This document shows positions 48,891 through 61,761 of a DNA stretch of 64,000 bases, piece after piece. The translations under genes and the position numbers were made by a program. The stretch lies in contig BDGG01000004.1 of assembly GCA_001949185.1 (NCBI GenBank), positions 831,620-895,619 of the forward strand. The letters run 5' to 3'. Origin of the DNA: Ramazzottius varieornatus. Taxonomy: Eukaryota > Animalia > Tardigrada. Numbering within the stretch: the stretch's first letter is position 1; each line of letters opens with the position of its first letter. The notes beneath the pieces are model-generated. The model searched no databases. It worked only from the letters and a program-made list of their open reading frames with translations, and was not told where the DNA came from.

Positions 48891-51468
48891 CTGCGAGATA
48901 AAAAAGGTATATTACACATCCTCGAATTCTAATTCAAAATTGGAATTTGTGCGTTTGTACATGCGACTTGACAAAGAAATTGATGTAACTCTACCCCACA
49001 ATTCTACGGAATAAACGCGATGACGCATGTTCGTATGAGCATTACAATTAATTACCATATATATACTATGGACACCAGGGACAGTTTTCACCTGTCGAAT
49101 TTTACTTATTATACAACATTGTGGCAGGTGCTCTGTATCCTCTAACAGAACAGCGTAAGGAAACCAATGCCCGATGTATCGTAAAGGCTCACTCAACATT
49201 ACACTGTGTTTTTCAGAAGCAAAAATACGGGTGTTCCTATCTGCGAAATTGATATCATATATACATGAAAGTCGGTCACACCTTGAAATTACAGGGCTGC
49301 AGCATAGGTGCGGCTCACTAATGGGGACCTAATTTAATGAGTGCGCGAACCATCGCAAAGCTTTGAGGGTGAAGCACGCATCAGATTCGTTATGGCGATC
49401 TGCTGGTCTCTGAGACTCGTTACAGGTAAACGACACACTCCACACCTCGAGTCAATCACAAAGAACGTTCTGCGCCGTAGGACCGTGTACCAGGCCTAAT
49501 TTCCGCTTCGAGCGAACCCCATCTTGATTGGAAATCAGATTAGGAAGACCTCCGAAAGGCTCACCTAAATTTACTAAACTTCTTTGGGTTACTACATGTG
49601 TCACGGTGCAGCACCTGGAACGTTCAAAAGCAGCACAATCTGACGGTGGGTCGCCGATTTCGACGATAACGCCGTTGCCTTCTTGTCGAATGGTGAGCGC
49701 TATGCTCTGAGACGCTGCTTTAACGTCCGTCAAACATTGAGCGTTAAGATGTACTGCTATTTTGCAATAGAAAGTCAAAATAATGGAGTGGTGCCTGACT
49801 TCGAGTGCTAGGCGCTATTAGCAACTGACCTTTGAGCTGATTGCCAGTTACAGTTTATTTGGCTCTAGACGAAGACAGCCGCTCGATCCTTCTAGCCGGC
49901 AAACTGGCTGTTCCACCGATTGCGACTAGCTCGTGTGGGGAGTGCGGGAAGTTCTCTGCGTATGTCGCAGCGGAACACAAAGCGCCCTGTACCAAGTCAC
50001 TGCACCTGTGTTTCAGAACTCCGTGTTTTCTCACAGCATGCAGCAAGGATGAACTGTCACTTTTATGGTGGCATAACTAAGTCGGACTCCAAAATAGCCA
50101 CGGAACATCTGCCATAATGGTTAGTCGAGCTCTGGATGGAAGCGGGTCATAAATTACGACGCGTCGCGCAAAGATCTGGTCGCTCGCCAAATGCTGCCTC
50201 TGGACCGATTATGAAATTAAAATTCTATCAAGAGTTGGAAAGCTGCAGGAACGCGCTAGAAACCAACGTTAACGACCTGGTTCAACGTTTTCAGTTAGCA
50301 CCCACGCGCCTCTGCTTAATATTTAATCACGACAAGCCGGAGGAAATACCAGCTTCTGTAATGGCGATTACTTTTTGATCACGCCGAAAATTGGTAGGCC
50401 GTTCGACTAATCAGCTTTTTGGTGGATTATGTGCCTATTTTCAAGGGTAACGGATTCGAACAGACAATGTAGATTTTTTGACTGGCTCATTCTGGCTGCA
50501 AGGCTCCGCGGCAGCGCTAAGTTCTGGAATCCTGCACTATGCACAACGGGTTCGTAGGTGATTGCTTGAGGCAGGCACAAGCATCAGATGGCGTTAAGTC
50601 GATTAAGGTAATGAATGGCTGACTGTCAAAGCATGGTTGCATGCAAGGCATATATCGGCTGACATGAGGCGACAAGCTGCGTCAGGACCTCAAAGAGCCA
50701 TTCAGCTGGGAAGCCAGCGATAAGAGCTTCCAGTGCAGCCGAGCTCTCCCTTCCCTCGATGGCGACCGCGACGAAGGAAACCGAAGAAGGGAGGATGAAC
50801 CAATGGTCTCGTAACGTGCTGGTAATGGCCAACAGAAGGACGAATTACAGAGTGCAGAAGCGATGATGGACTACGATTCTCGCAAAAACACTCTCGTTGC
50901 TGCGCATTCATGGACTTTCCTTCCATCCACGATTCTGCCCATTAGCTCTTTCAAGGTCTTTTGTTCTACAAAACTCATAAGCTTGCTTAACTGTTCCGCT
51001 TCTCATCGGCGCCCGGTAGCTCGTCCAGCTCGCTTTGGGGTTCAGAAAGCGCACGTCAACAGCGGCTCGTTGTGACTGTGATGCTTTTTCCGTGCACGGC
51101 ACCACCTCGGTATCAAGATCGTCAAAATCATCCTGGGCTCTTGTTGGGTCCTCTGAATACCTTTTCAAAACGACACTAGCTTTCAGTGTATTGCGCAGTA
51201 ACACAGTACACTCACCAAAATCCATCGAACTTGTGATCATAAGTAAAGCACAGCGACGCATCGGCATTTTGCACCCAACGGCCCGGGATATACAGTAAGC
51301 CCTCGATATTTACACATGGCTATAGGTGATACGAAAGTGGTCAATATTTCGTCCAAACGATGTTCATGGTCGGCACTGTGGTCACTTGATATCTCGTGTA
51401 GGTTCCACCGCGCGCAGTACTACAAAGGACAGTACTATGGCTTGCGACAGAATATCTAGAACATGCAC

Positions 51469-51638
51469 CAGAGCTGCGGAGCTATTTAGCTCGTTTTAGC
51501 TCGCGAGCTAAATCTGCCTTTTTCTACGAAAACGCAAAACAGGGTTGTGCAGGGCACGAACCTGGATGAGCTTTTTGCAAAAACCTCGCAGAAGAAAGGC
51601 GAAATGAGCTAAACGAGCTAAATAGCTCCGCAGGACTG
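51469..51638. mobile_element. hAT-type MITE, 170 bp
   Basis: cagagctgcggagctatttagctcgttttagctc / gagctaaacgagctaaatagctccgcaggactg; CAG...CTG termini; degenerate 8-bp TSD acatgcac/tcatgaac. Confidence 0.78.
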
Positions 51639-53787
51639 TCATGAACTCTAGTACTTACGGGTGCATTTTCAAGATGAAGTATTCAAAATCTGGACGAACT
51701 AAGACAAGGATTACTCGTTGGGTTCTTAGGTTTCACACGCGTATATGTGGTGTGTGGAACACAGGCACGATTGATAAAGGCAATAATTGCTTGTCCCCGA
51801 AGACCCTTCACATCCGCCGCGAGGTCAGACATAAAGTACCTTATCTCGGCACCTCAGTTGGCCATTTAGGAAATATCCGGCGCGCGCGTGTCTTTTTGTG
51901 TTCTGGGATAGCCATGTTTGACCAACTATCGTAGCATTATCCCTCCGCTTTACAGTCGTTTCCTTCCTCCCGCTTTGTTGATCCCTTCTCCCGCACTGTT
52001 GATATAAGGGTATTGTCGGAGTCAGAAGGAGCGCACCATAAAGGAAGACAGGGATCCATCCTGCGGGAACATCCGCCTAGGCCGGGTTCTTGAGCAAAGG
52101 GAGGAAGTCTCCCGCAGCCCGATAATGACTTGGCTGCTGCCAGTGCTGTTGCTCCGGCTCCGTGTGATGCCACGGCATGGCCAGAGATTAATGATACAGA
52201 AGCAGTCACGTATGAAAAGTTTATGAGGCGACAGGCCACCCATCAACCATCGACCTACAACCTCTAAACCATTTCCACCACTATCTCAAGGCATCCGTAC
52301 CCACACACTGCGAAAACCAAGCCACAACTGCCGATTATATAATCATCGAACATTCGCCCACACACCCTAGCGAATTGCAGATCATTAATATTTTGACCAA
52401 CGTCACACCACGCTGAGTCTCAAAGTGATTAAAATCGGCAATGGTAACGAGCAAATTCAAAAATATATTATAGTGAAATAAAAACCCTTATATTTAGATA
52501 TTTGGGTATGACTGTGATTATATTCTGATATTGGGATGCCGGTGTACGTTACATCGACCTGTCAAACAACATGGACTTTCCGTGTTGAGCCTGTTTGCAC
52601 TGGCTAAATAAAGCTATACAGCGGTTAGACAGATAGTCGCCTGACTTGGTATCGCATTTCCTGTAGCGGAAGCGCCAATGGAAAGTCTACAAAACAATTT
52701 CCTGGCTATATAAACCTGTATTCCGGCTCCTATTTCCCTTTTATCTCGCCTTCAGTTTTTTCAGTGATATCTAATCTCAACAAAATATTTTCTGAAACCA
52801 CTGAAAAGACCACAGAAGAAAAAATACCATCACCACTTCCGGGTTTGACTCTGACTTGTGCAGATGTTCGTTTTGATGTTGGTACTTGTCGTGGAAGTAC
52901 CAAGAGATATCTACGAAATGCTTGATCGATTCAGCTTAACGGCCTCCTATTATGGGGTTTTATGCCCATTCGGGAATGAAAGAAAAAGAATGTCAGACGC
53001 TGGGATCAGCTGTGATGAAGAGGCGCAAAGTGATAATGATAGATTGAGGGATTTTGGGTTCATGGTTTGTGGCTGTACAGTGACAACTTTAGGAGATAAT
53101 TGGCTGGTAGCTGCGGGCCTTGTGGTTCTTTGGGACCATCTACAACTTGAGTTCGTTCCCTCAGATTGCCCAACACATTCGGTGGGAATACGCTGGCGGG
53201 TAAGGCATTGATATGCAGCGAAGGGAAGATGCGCGTGCACGTCAATGAGGCATCTCTCATCCCGTCAGAAACAGGCATGCACGTTACAATTGACCGGCTG
53301 GCGAACGAGGGCCTGCTGGCCGATGATGATTGCTGAATGAGATAACTGCCGGCAGATGATCCCACTCTATCCTTCGATTCCCCTTTCTTTATCAATTTCA
53401 CGAACCCTTCCGCCGCAAACGTCTTGGCTTCCTCATTGAGTACCACAAACTTCGCTCTCTTTTTTAGACTCGAACGCATCACAATGTGCCCAAGCTAATC
53501 AGGCAAAGCTGCAGTTCTTGACTGTCATCATCAACTGATCACTCTCCGCGAGTTCTCCGTAATCTCAGGTCCGGAACAGATTGCAAAGAACTCAACTCCA
53601 CCGTAATGCGAAGTCACTTGAAAGGGGAAATATCCTTTATTTCTTAACGCTTCCGATTTTAGGCTTTGCGGACCAATTGGACCAAAACTAAAGGCCCACA
53701 TTGTTTATTCGTCGTATTTTTGTCTCGCAACGTATCAGAATAGAAGATATGGGGTGTAAGCAAACGATCTAGACCAGATTGTCTTCC

Positions 53788-53836
53788 CAAGTGGCGCACA
53801 CTTCCAGCTAGCAACAGCGAAAAGGTACGCCATCGG
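53788..53836. repeat. Arm-N27-arm element (non-coding region)
   Basis: CAAGTGGCGCA-27 nt-TACGCCATCGG. Confidence 0.78.
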
Positions 53837-54710
53837 AGATAAGGATTTGGTTCAGTCCATTGCACACGTCCTATACGGCGAGAAATATGATACCGTGGAA
53901 AGGTTATGTGCCTGTGCATACCGAGGTACCTGCAGTGTCGAAGCATAAGTCTTGTACCGGCGTCAGTCCTTTCGAGTGGAAACATATTGGGCTGAAGGAC
54001 TTCAGCTTAATCGGAGATTGGTAGGTTGACGTTGACGGATCAGGAGCAGTGCTATTTTTATAGTTGAAATGTAGGAGAAATCTTCAGAGGAATAGACCAT
54101 GGGCTTGTATCAACACACTCGAGGACAATCTCGATGGATAGATGGATATTATGTGCGCCTTTTGACTCTCTCCATCAACATCAGCCACCAACTTTTTTGC
54201 CTGTGTATACACGCACGCCTGCCTCGTTACACACCACTCACGACCCCGCCGCGCACGTATTCCAAAATTACATGCAGAAAAAAATGGTCTGAGGTGAATA
54301 ATCGAATTCAAGATGATGGGGAACGTACGAGGAAGTTCTTGATGGGAATAATGCGCGCGCTCAACCACTTGAGAGCTGACGATCAACATAGTGGCATCTG
54401 TTTGTTCAAGCTATGGCCGGGAGCATTCACCAGAATATCGCGAGGGACTCTGCCGCCCAACGGCATCAAAATAATATCAAGGTTGCCACGTTAAATTTGA
54501 CTTGCATGTGTCAATTCAATATCGATGTTACATCGATAATCGGTATTGAACCGAGCACAACATCATCATCTTCAAACTCGATATCCGTGTTTCCCTTCAA
54601 TGCTGTATCGACAAATTTGCCAATATCCATAACGAAGTTTACGACAAGAAATCGAAGGTACACTATCACAATCGGGGCATCGGCAAATGAACTGAACATC
54701 GTCGTTGTCT

Positions 54711-54759
54711 CAACTGGCGCACGATTATATTTTTTGTGGTTAGAAAGGTGCGCTACTTG
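54711..54759. repeat. Arm-N27-arm element (non-coding region)
   Basis: CAACTGGCGCA-27 nt-TGCGCTACTTG. Confidence 0.85.
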
Positions 54760-57150
54760 GGAAAATGATCGTGTTCTGGTCGTTTGCCGTCGTTCCAATT
54801 GAGTATGTTCATCATGATATCTGCCTATGGGCCATCAGACAAGCCGGTAAACCTCGTTGTCACACCTCCGATTATTTTGGATTGCTCCTCTGGCTTACCT
54901 GTGATCACGTACGTAAAAAGAATCCAATCAGAACTGCAAGAACCAGCATGCAGATTCCATGCTGAGCATTTGACGAAGACAGAGGGGATGTTTTACAATC
55001 CAACAGAAGCACGTTGTTTTTTTCCCCCGATAAAGTGTAATGACGGCAATCACTCACAAGTCAGGCCTCTTTATGGATGCAGTAACGCTTCCTTCTCCTG
55101 CTGGGCCGTGGGTCCTTACGGCAAACACGCGCGACGAGCCACTTAATCAACGAACGTGTCCGCCTGGTCGCAACCCCTTCCCGCTCGTTAATTATTCCGT
55201 TGCTTCGTTCCGATATCCATCAACACACACAAGATGTTTGCTCAAAACCCCGACAAAAAAACAACACTGCGATCAGTCAGACGACCGTGTCATTCTTGAC
55301 CTTTAACTGAGCCGCCCATCGGGATTCCGAATACGGCCATGTGGTACTGGAGTGACGTTCCTTCCACTAGAGCCAGCGGGAAGAAAGAAAAAACTCGAGA
55401 TGAAACGAGGGGAAGTGGCCGAGCTTGTTATAAGCGGATGAGATGATTTAACTTTCATCTGATAAAGAGGAAATCCGTCGCTGACAGCTTCATCCACTGG
55501 AGCTATCCCAGGCTCAAGCTGTAGTTGTATTGTGTCCGTAAAGAGGACGAACCAGCCTGGACGCAGTAGAGCGTACCAATGTCATACAAGGCTATTAAAC
55601 GATGACGGGAACTCTGCCAACCATTGCCAAACTAACATCCAACATCCCTGATAAGTACACACAGCTCAGCAACACAAACATGCCGACCTGGAATTTCCAC
55701 CTTCCGCCTTTGGTTAGGATCCAGATGAAGATTTAACGGCAATTTCGCTCACGATATAGGAAAACGCATTGGCGTCAGAGTTATTAGGCGGTTTGTTCTG
55801 AAGCTAATTGATACAAGTGGATACCATTACGGTAATGACATAAGCCGCATGAGCCATCCGCTAATACGCACTCCACCATCGAGGAGCCCTGTAGTGAGCC
55901 ATGGCTGGCAGCAATACAGAAATAAATATGGAATATAAATCCGCCGGTTCTTTGTGAAGCTAAGTCGGTCCTTGATCACATCCACGGGCGGTGTACTCGT
56001 TATCCAAGCATAACGCGTTTAATAAGCGCTTTCTTGCAAGTGTCAATACCAGCGGGAGATTCTTTCATTCAAGAGGAACATCTCTCATCTCCACAGATCA
56101 GATATACGTAGATGATTGATTCATGGTATTCCATACTATGGCACACTATATTCTGCCAACACACTTTCTCCAAACAAGTTACGGTGAAATCCCACGAAAA
56201 GGTATGCAATCGAGTTGCTCCTAAAGTTGTGACTGCATGGCTGAGGGAAAAGAGGGGAAGAAAAAGGGATGTGGACCTTGGTTTATGTAGCGTGACGCCG
56301 TATGCGTGCCTCGCTCAAAAAGGCGGCGTACTGCTGTCGGCAAGAAGGGGCGGAGACGTTAATCTTCCTTTGCGGAGCCGGAAGCTTGCAGAGACCTCGA
56401 ATACGCTAGGGTACATCGGTAGACGCATTTTCGTCTTAGGTCCCTCTGCGTAGTGTTACGAGTCTGGTTGCTCTGCGTTGTTCTTTCCGGGCTACAAATG
56501 CCTGAGATCTTCAAGAAGGGACGATGGGACGTTATGGTGAAAAGGAACAGTCAAATGGCATATCCTGAGCTGGGGTGACAAGTTGCGCCAGAATGAAGCT
56601 CATTGTAGGGCAAACGTGATTCTGCACAGAGTATTGTATGTACTACGTACTCACAGGGTAATTTGAATCCAGCTCGACTCCTCAGTAGCACTGGGGTATC
56701 GGTGCACGAGCGTACAGTACTCAAAATCCCAAACAACACGTTGTACCCTACAGGTCCCACTCCAGAGTTATGGTTGCAACAGAAACAAAAGAAAGATCTG
56801 GAGTCCGGAGACGTTAATTGCGTTGAGCCGCTTTCGACACCGGCGGTTTTCTGCCTCACTTCCTTCTCAGGTTTTAAGTTCTAGACTCCGCGGCACAGGC
56901 CAGCGGATCCGGAACGGCACAAACCATCCGCATTGCGGAGACCCGGCTGGGTTCCTTTCGTCTGAGGTGAGAGGTATACCGAGACGTGAACGAGTGTACA
57001 GGTCGCCTCTCCTGGGGATTCGTATCGTCGCACTGGCAAGTTCTAGTTCAGGAAAACTACAAACAAGTCCGCCAATTTTGTGACTGACCCGGTCATTCAT
57101 TTCGATTCCAGAGACTTCCTGCTGCGCATGTTAATGAGAGGTCCGCATGT

Positions 57151-57200
57151 CTTGGTACAGTACATGTACCCGCAGTCCAGGGTACATGTACTGTACCAAG
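57151..57200. repeat. Perfect 21-bp inverted repeat with 8-nt loop
   Basis: CTTGGTACAGTACATGTACCC-gcagtcca-GGGTACATGTACTGTACCAAG. Confidence 0.9.
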
Positions 57201-60200
57201 AAACGAATCCGTAAGCAGTAAATTCGGGACTTGGGAGACATATGCATCCTTGCACAAACAAAGTGCAGGATGACTCGTCTTGGACTTGCATGCATAATTT
57301 TCTTTCTCCGACAATCAGCTGATGTTATGCTGAGTGGACTCTTAAGGGATCGCAATCACAATTGGAAGATACATCAAGTGATTAGCTCAGTTAAGCCAAT
57401 AATCAGAAGAAACCAGCACATTCCTCCAAAACATCTCGAATTTACATACTGCAGCATCCAACATCAAGCTTACACTACAATCCCACCCAATTCCGTCGTG
57501 AAAACTCAAGAATATTTCTCTTTGAAAGAGCAGTTGGCCAACAATTACTTCTGGTTTCTTGTACTTCCGGCTTGCTTTACTAATTCGATTTCTTGGACCG
57601 GTTTTTTGCAGCTGCCCCACGTTCAACACTTCACTCAGGATTCCACATGCAACTTCTATTCCAACACTCAGCCTCGTAGTAGTTCGAATCTACGAGCTTT
57701 CATCATAAAAAGATCCATGATACTTGACTGCTTAAGTTGAAAGCCGCGAGTTCGGGCTCGAGATTTTCGAACCATGCGGTACGTGGTTGTGAAGCCCACA
57801 CTGAAAGAAATAGAATTTCTACTCCATAGGCTATACTCGCTCGCAAAAATTGGGACGACATCAAAGAGCACTCAAAGACGCGTTACCATTATAAGCAAGA
57901 ACAGATCCGGAAAGGAAACATTATATCGTCACATACACAGACTTCCCATACGCCACTGTTCGGAGCTACATACGTATTATCCCAAGTGAAAGGCGATCAA
58001 ACACGCTGAAAGTCACTTTAGGTGCGATTCCGACTTTATAATTAGACCGCCAAAGTGATTAGAGGCTGAGCAACGGGTGCGCCTCTCAGCATCCGCTCGC
58101 TGAACAGATCGATGCGGTATAGATAGTATCATGGTCGCCGCCCCGGCGCCGCGACCCTCCTTCCCGAGTCACGGCCGCAGTTGGATGCAGTCAGAAGATG
58201 GCTCCCAAAGGTGTTTTTCACGCCAGCTAAGTGAAGCGCAAACGCATGTCAACTGGCCAGCTCGCCATCCACTTCCTTGTGCGAAGGGTTTGGATATCTG
58301 GGAGCGAAAGTCTGACGAGCAAACAGAAGTATGACGGCAAGAAAATTTATTGACGGGAAATGGAGACACTGTTTTACAGGATCGTGCGCCTCTTGGATAG
58401 AAACAGGAGTACTTCGGTCACGAGAGGCCTTCTTTCGGGGAAATCATTCTGAAGCCTTTAGACGCAGTAAAAGGTTACCGTACCGGCATGGAGACAGCTG
58501 GCAGGAGTCAGTCGCGCGAGTTCTAACAATGTCTGTGAACCCGAAACTTCAGTTTTCTGTGGTAAGTGATGGCTCTTCTGCACAGTTCCTGGGGAAACTG
58601 AAGAGCTCGTGAGCATCTGTTGTGATGGTACCGTCTCGATTTCTCAGTTTCTCCACGTGTTCTGTCCCACCGGTGGTAATCGCAAGGACCAAATGGGCAA
58701 CATAAGAGGCGCCCAAAGCATTTTGCGCGCTAATTGGTGCAGTATAATGTAAGCCTTTGAAGGATCGAAAATTTCGCTGGTTCGTTGACCAGATGGGGAC
58801 GCTAGCTTCCGTTCAAAACATGACAGGTGCCAAATTACAGAACATAAAATCTTACCGTAAAAACTGTAGGCATTTCCGATGGCATGCAGCAGATTTAGGT
58901 GGTCCAAGGGTTTCCTGTGCCTGAGAGTGGGTTTGAGTAGATCATAGAAACGATAAACATGATTGCGCAATGAAAAAACCAGTATGCTGGGATTAAGCCT
59001 GCAAAAGGTTCCATCATTCATTCGAAAGAGCATATGAACCGCTCTAGGTACAGGTTAGTTGCACTTGCAGATTGTGTTAAATCCAGACTAACAGTTTGCG
59101 AACCTCAGGGTCTCGATGGTCTTCCAGGTTCATACAGTAGTAGAAATTTGATCCTGGATAGCAGCAGCAAGGGCACAAAAATGAAACGCAACTGGTTCCG
59201 GAACCATTCAGTTCGGCGGGGCTGTAGAGAAACCAAGTTATATTGTACACAGGCCCCGGCACTTCCGGGTCGGATCCCCGCTACCGGCTCACGATTTCAA
59301 CATATCCAGAATTATCTGTCCCTGCACAGTAGTACCGGATAATGTACCAGCAACATGAGACGACGGTATCTGGCCGTTTTGTAGACGCCAAAAGTATCCT
59401 CCAGACGACACGTCCAGGTTACAAATCAAACATTGAGGGGAGCATTAGGTGCGGCATTCGTGCTCAAGAACTCTGCCGCCGGCCCATCTCCACGACATTA
59501 AGCGAATCAATCCAGTAGAATTACAGAGCCATCAATTGCATTCCATATGCACCGACCAAGTTCATTTCCGGGCCAACATCAATTTACAGCGCAAAACTCC
59601 CAGCTAGTATGAGGCCATATGCACATCCATTAAAAACCCAAATGGAAATGCGGGGTCCACACGGCAACGGAGCCACTGAAGCGTTACCTCCGCTTTATTT
59701 TGTGGGGATGGGCACAAACACTCTACTACTTGACTGTATCACAAGAGTCCAGAGTGCACTGTCCCACAACGCGTCCAGCTATCAATTACGTCTGCCAAAC
59801 TCCTGATTAAACCGACTCAAACTATTACAAAGGAGTGTATTCAGACATGCCACAACGGTTTCATGTGGATGGGGAACCTCGTCTCGTGACGGAGATCAAA
59901 TGTCTCGTAATCTTGTTAAGTCCATCTTGTATGGGTGTGTTGATAGTTTACGCTGCACTGTGTATTTTGAGAAACATTTCCACGACTGCAAAGAATAGAT
60001 AGCGGCATTAATGCAATTGCCAGCTTCGTGGACCCGAATCTGGCATCGTCATGGGATGGCCAACTAATTTAATCAAGCCGCTTAGGCCTTCGTCGTCGTG
60101 ACACCATTCAAGTTTTAACAACCTAACGGCCACATTAGTCTGGATCTCGAACAAAGTTTACTTTTCGTGCGTTTATAAAAATACGTGATTGCCCATTTTG

Positions 60201-61761
60201 AAAGGCAACTCCCGGCTGGGGTATGAGATGATACAGGGTGACTACGCAAACTTGCTACCACCTCTTAACAATTATGGCGCTCTTGGCTGAGTGTATGTTC
60301 GTCCCCCTAACTATTTTTCCTTACTATGACATCCCTTTTGCTACCATTTAAAAATGAATTGGTCTGGAAGAACGTCTGCAGGAAGCCCGGATTTGATCAG
60401 GGATCAGGGTAGGTGCAACCGCGGAACTGCTCCGGCCGGAACTTTTCGCTGTTTCTTCCTCGGGGAGAAGATCTTTTTCCACCCAGTTGCAGTCTTAATT
60501 GAAAGCTGCCGACCGCAAACCCTTTAGTGGTAGTACAGCGACCAATAAAAACATTGTGGTCCATTGTACCACTTGTTGATTCACTGATACAGCAAAGTTT
60601 GCAAAATCGTGCAAAAACAACGGGTGGTCGTCTAAAAACGAGATTTCTCGAGATGATCTGAATTGTTTTCCGGAAAGTAAAAACATGAAAGCGTAGCCAA
60701 ATCTATGAGCTATTTGAATCACAAACTGTCTGAGACAGACTGCGCGAGATCAGAGTGCCGGAACACCTTTCAGAAAAAAAAGGTTCGTCTGAATCAACAA
60801 CTTTTTCAAATTTTGAGGGAACTTCGAGAAATTTTCTTCAGTTTCCAGAAAAGATCTTGCATCTCGGATAGTGACTAAACATTAGCTCAAGGACTCAGCC
60901 ACACGAAAAGCGGTTGTAAGTATGAACTCTTGATTTAGAACACACTTTGCAATTTTTTCCACGGTGAGGCGTTCCCCGGCAAAATGGTCAAATTCGACGA
61001 TATTAATTCATTTCCAAAGTTATTTTGACTTTCTTGCGATCTATTCTATTTTTCGATGAGTACCTAGGTAGTTATGCCCAGGCTGAAATCAAATTGCGGA
61101 TGGATTCTCAAACAGGGAGTTTCAGACAACGTTTTTCATTCGTGGCGAGAAGTCTTCCTCACCGGAAGTCATGCCAATCAACTTTTTCCAACCCTGGTCT
61201 TAGTGCCTGCAATTGAACTATGTCTCTGTGACAAGAGCTTGAAAATTTGAACGAAATATGTGAAGGACCGAAAGGAGAACCAGCACTTTGAATTTCTTCT
61301 GCGCTGAAGTTCCAAGTGGTAGCAAGTTGGCATACTCACCCTGTATACGAACGGTTTTCGGCGATCGATGTGCATTCCATCACCAAGCTTCCAACCGTAC
61401 TCGTTCACAGCACATCAGCACAGTTACACCAAACTAGAATGAGAAAAACAGCAGATGTTTCGTTTGGAACGACAAACAAGTAAAACACTAAAACTAAACG
61501 TGGAAGTGGTAGTGGAAAAGATAAAACATGAAAACACTGTGACTCTTCAGCCTTTGGCAACCCAGACGGAGCTACTCTGTTCGAAGAGAGCAAACAGTGA
61601 CATTTGGCACTACGGCGAGATAGCGTACCCCACCAAGAAAAATATGAATACTAAAACAGTACAGAGGTAATGCCACATTCAAAACTGTAACTATCAATCT
61701 TGACACCTTATGACCTCAATAAAAAGGGAATAGCGCTGCAAGCGTTGCGGTCCCGCCCAGC

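Noticed and set aside
4257-54759. Calling the N27 arms CTCF or E2F sites
   Set aside because: Only the TGGCGC core is shared; the rest of those consensus motifs is absent, so no assignment can be supported
49000-61700. Many 60-170-aa ORFs as genes
   Set aside because: No motifs, no consistent exon chain, and lengths expected by chance
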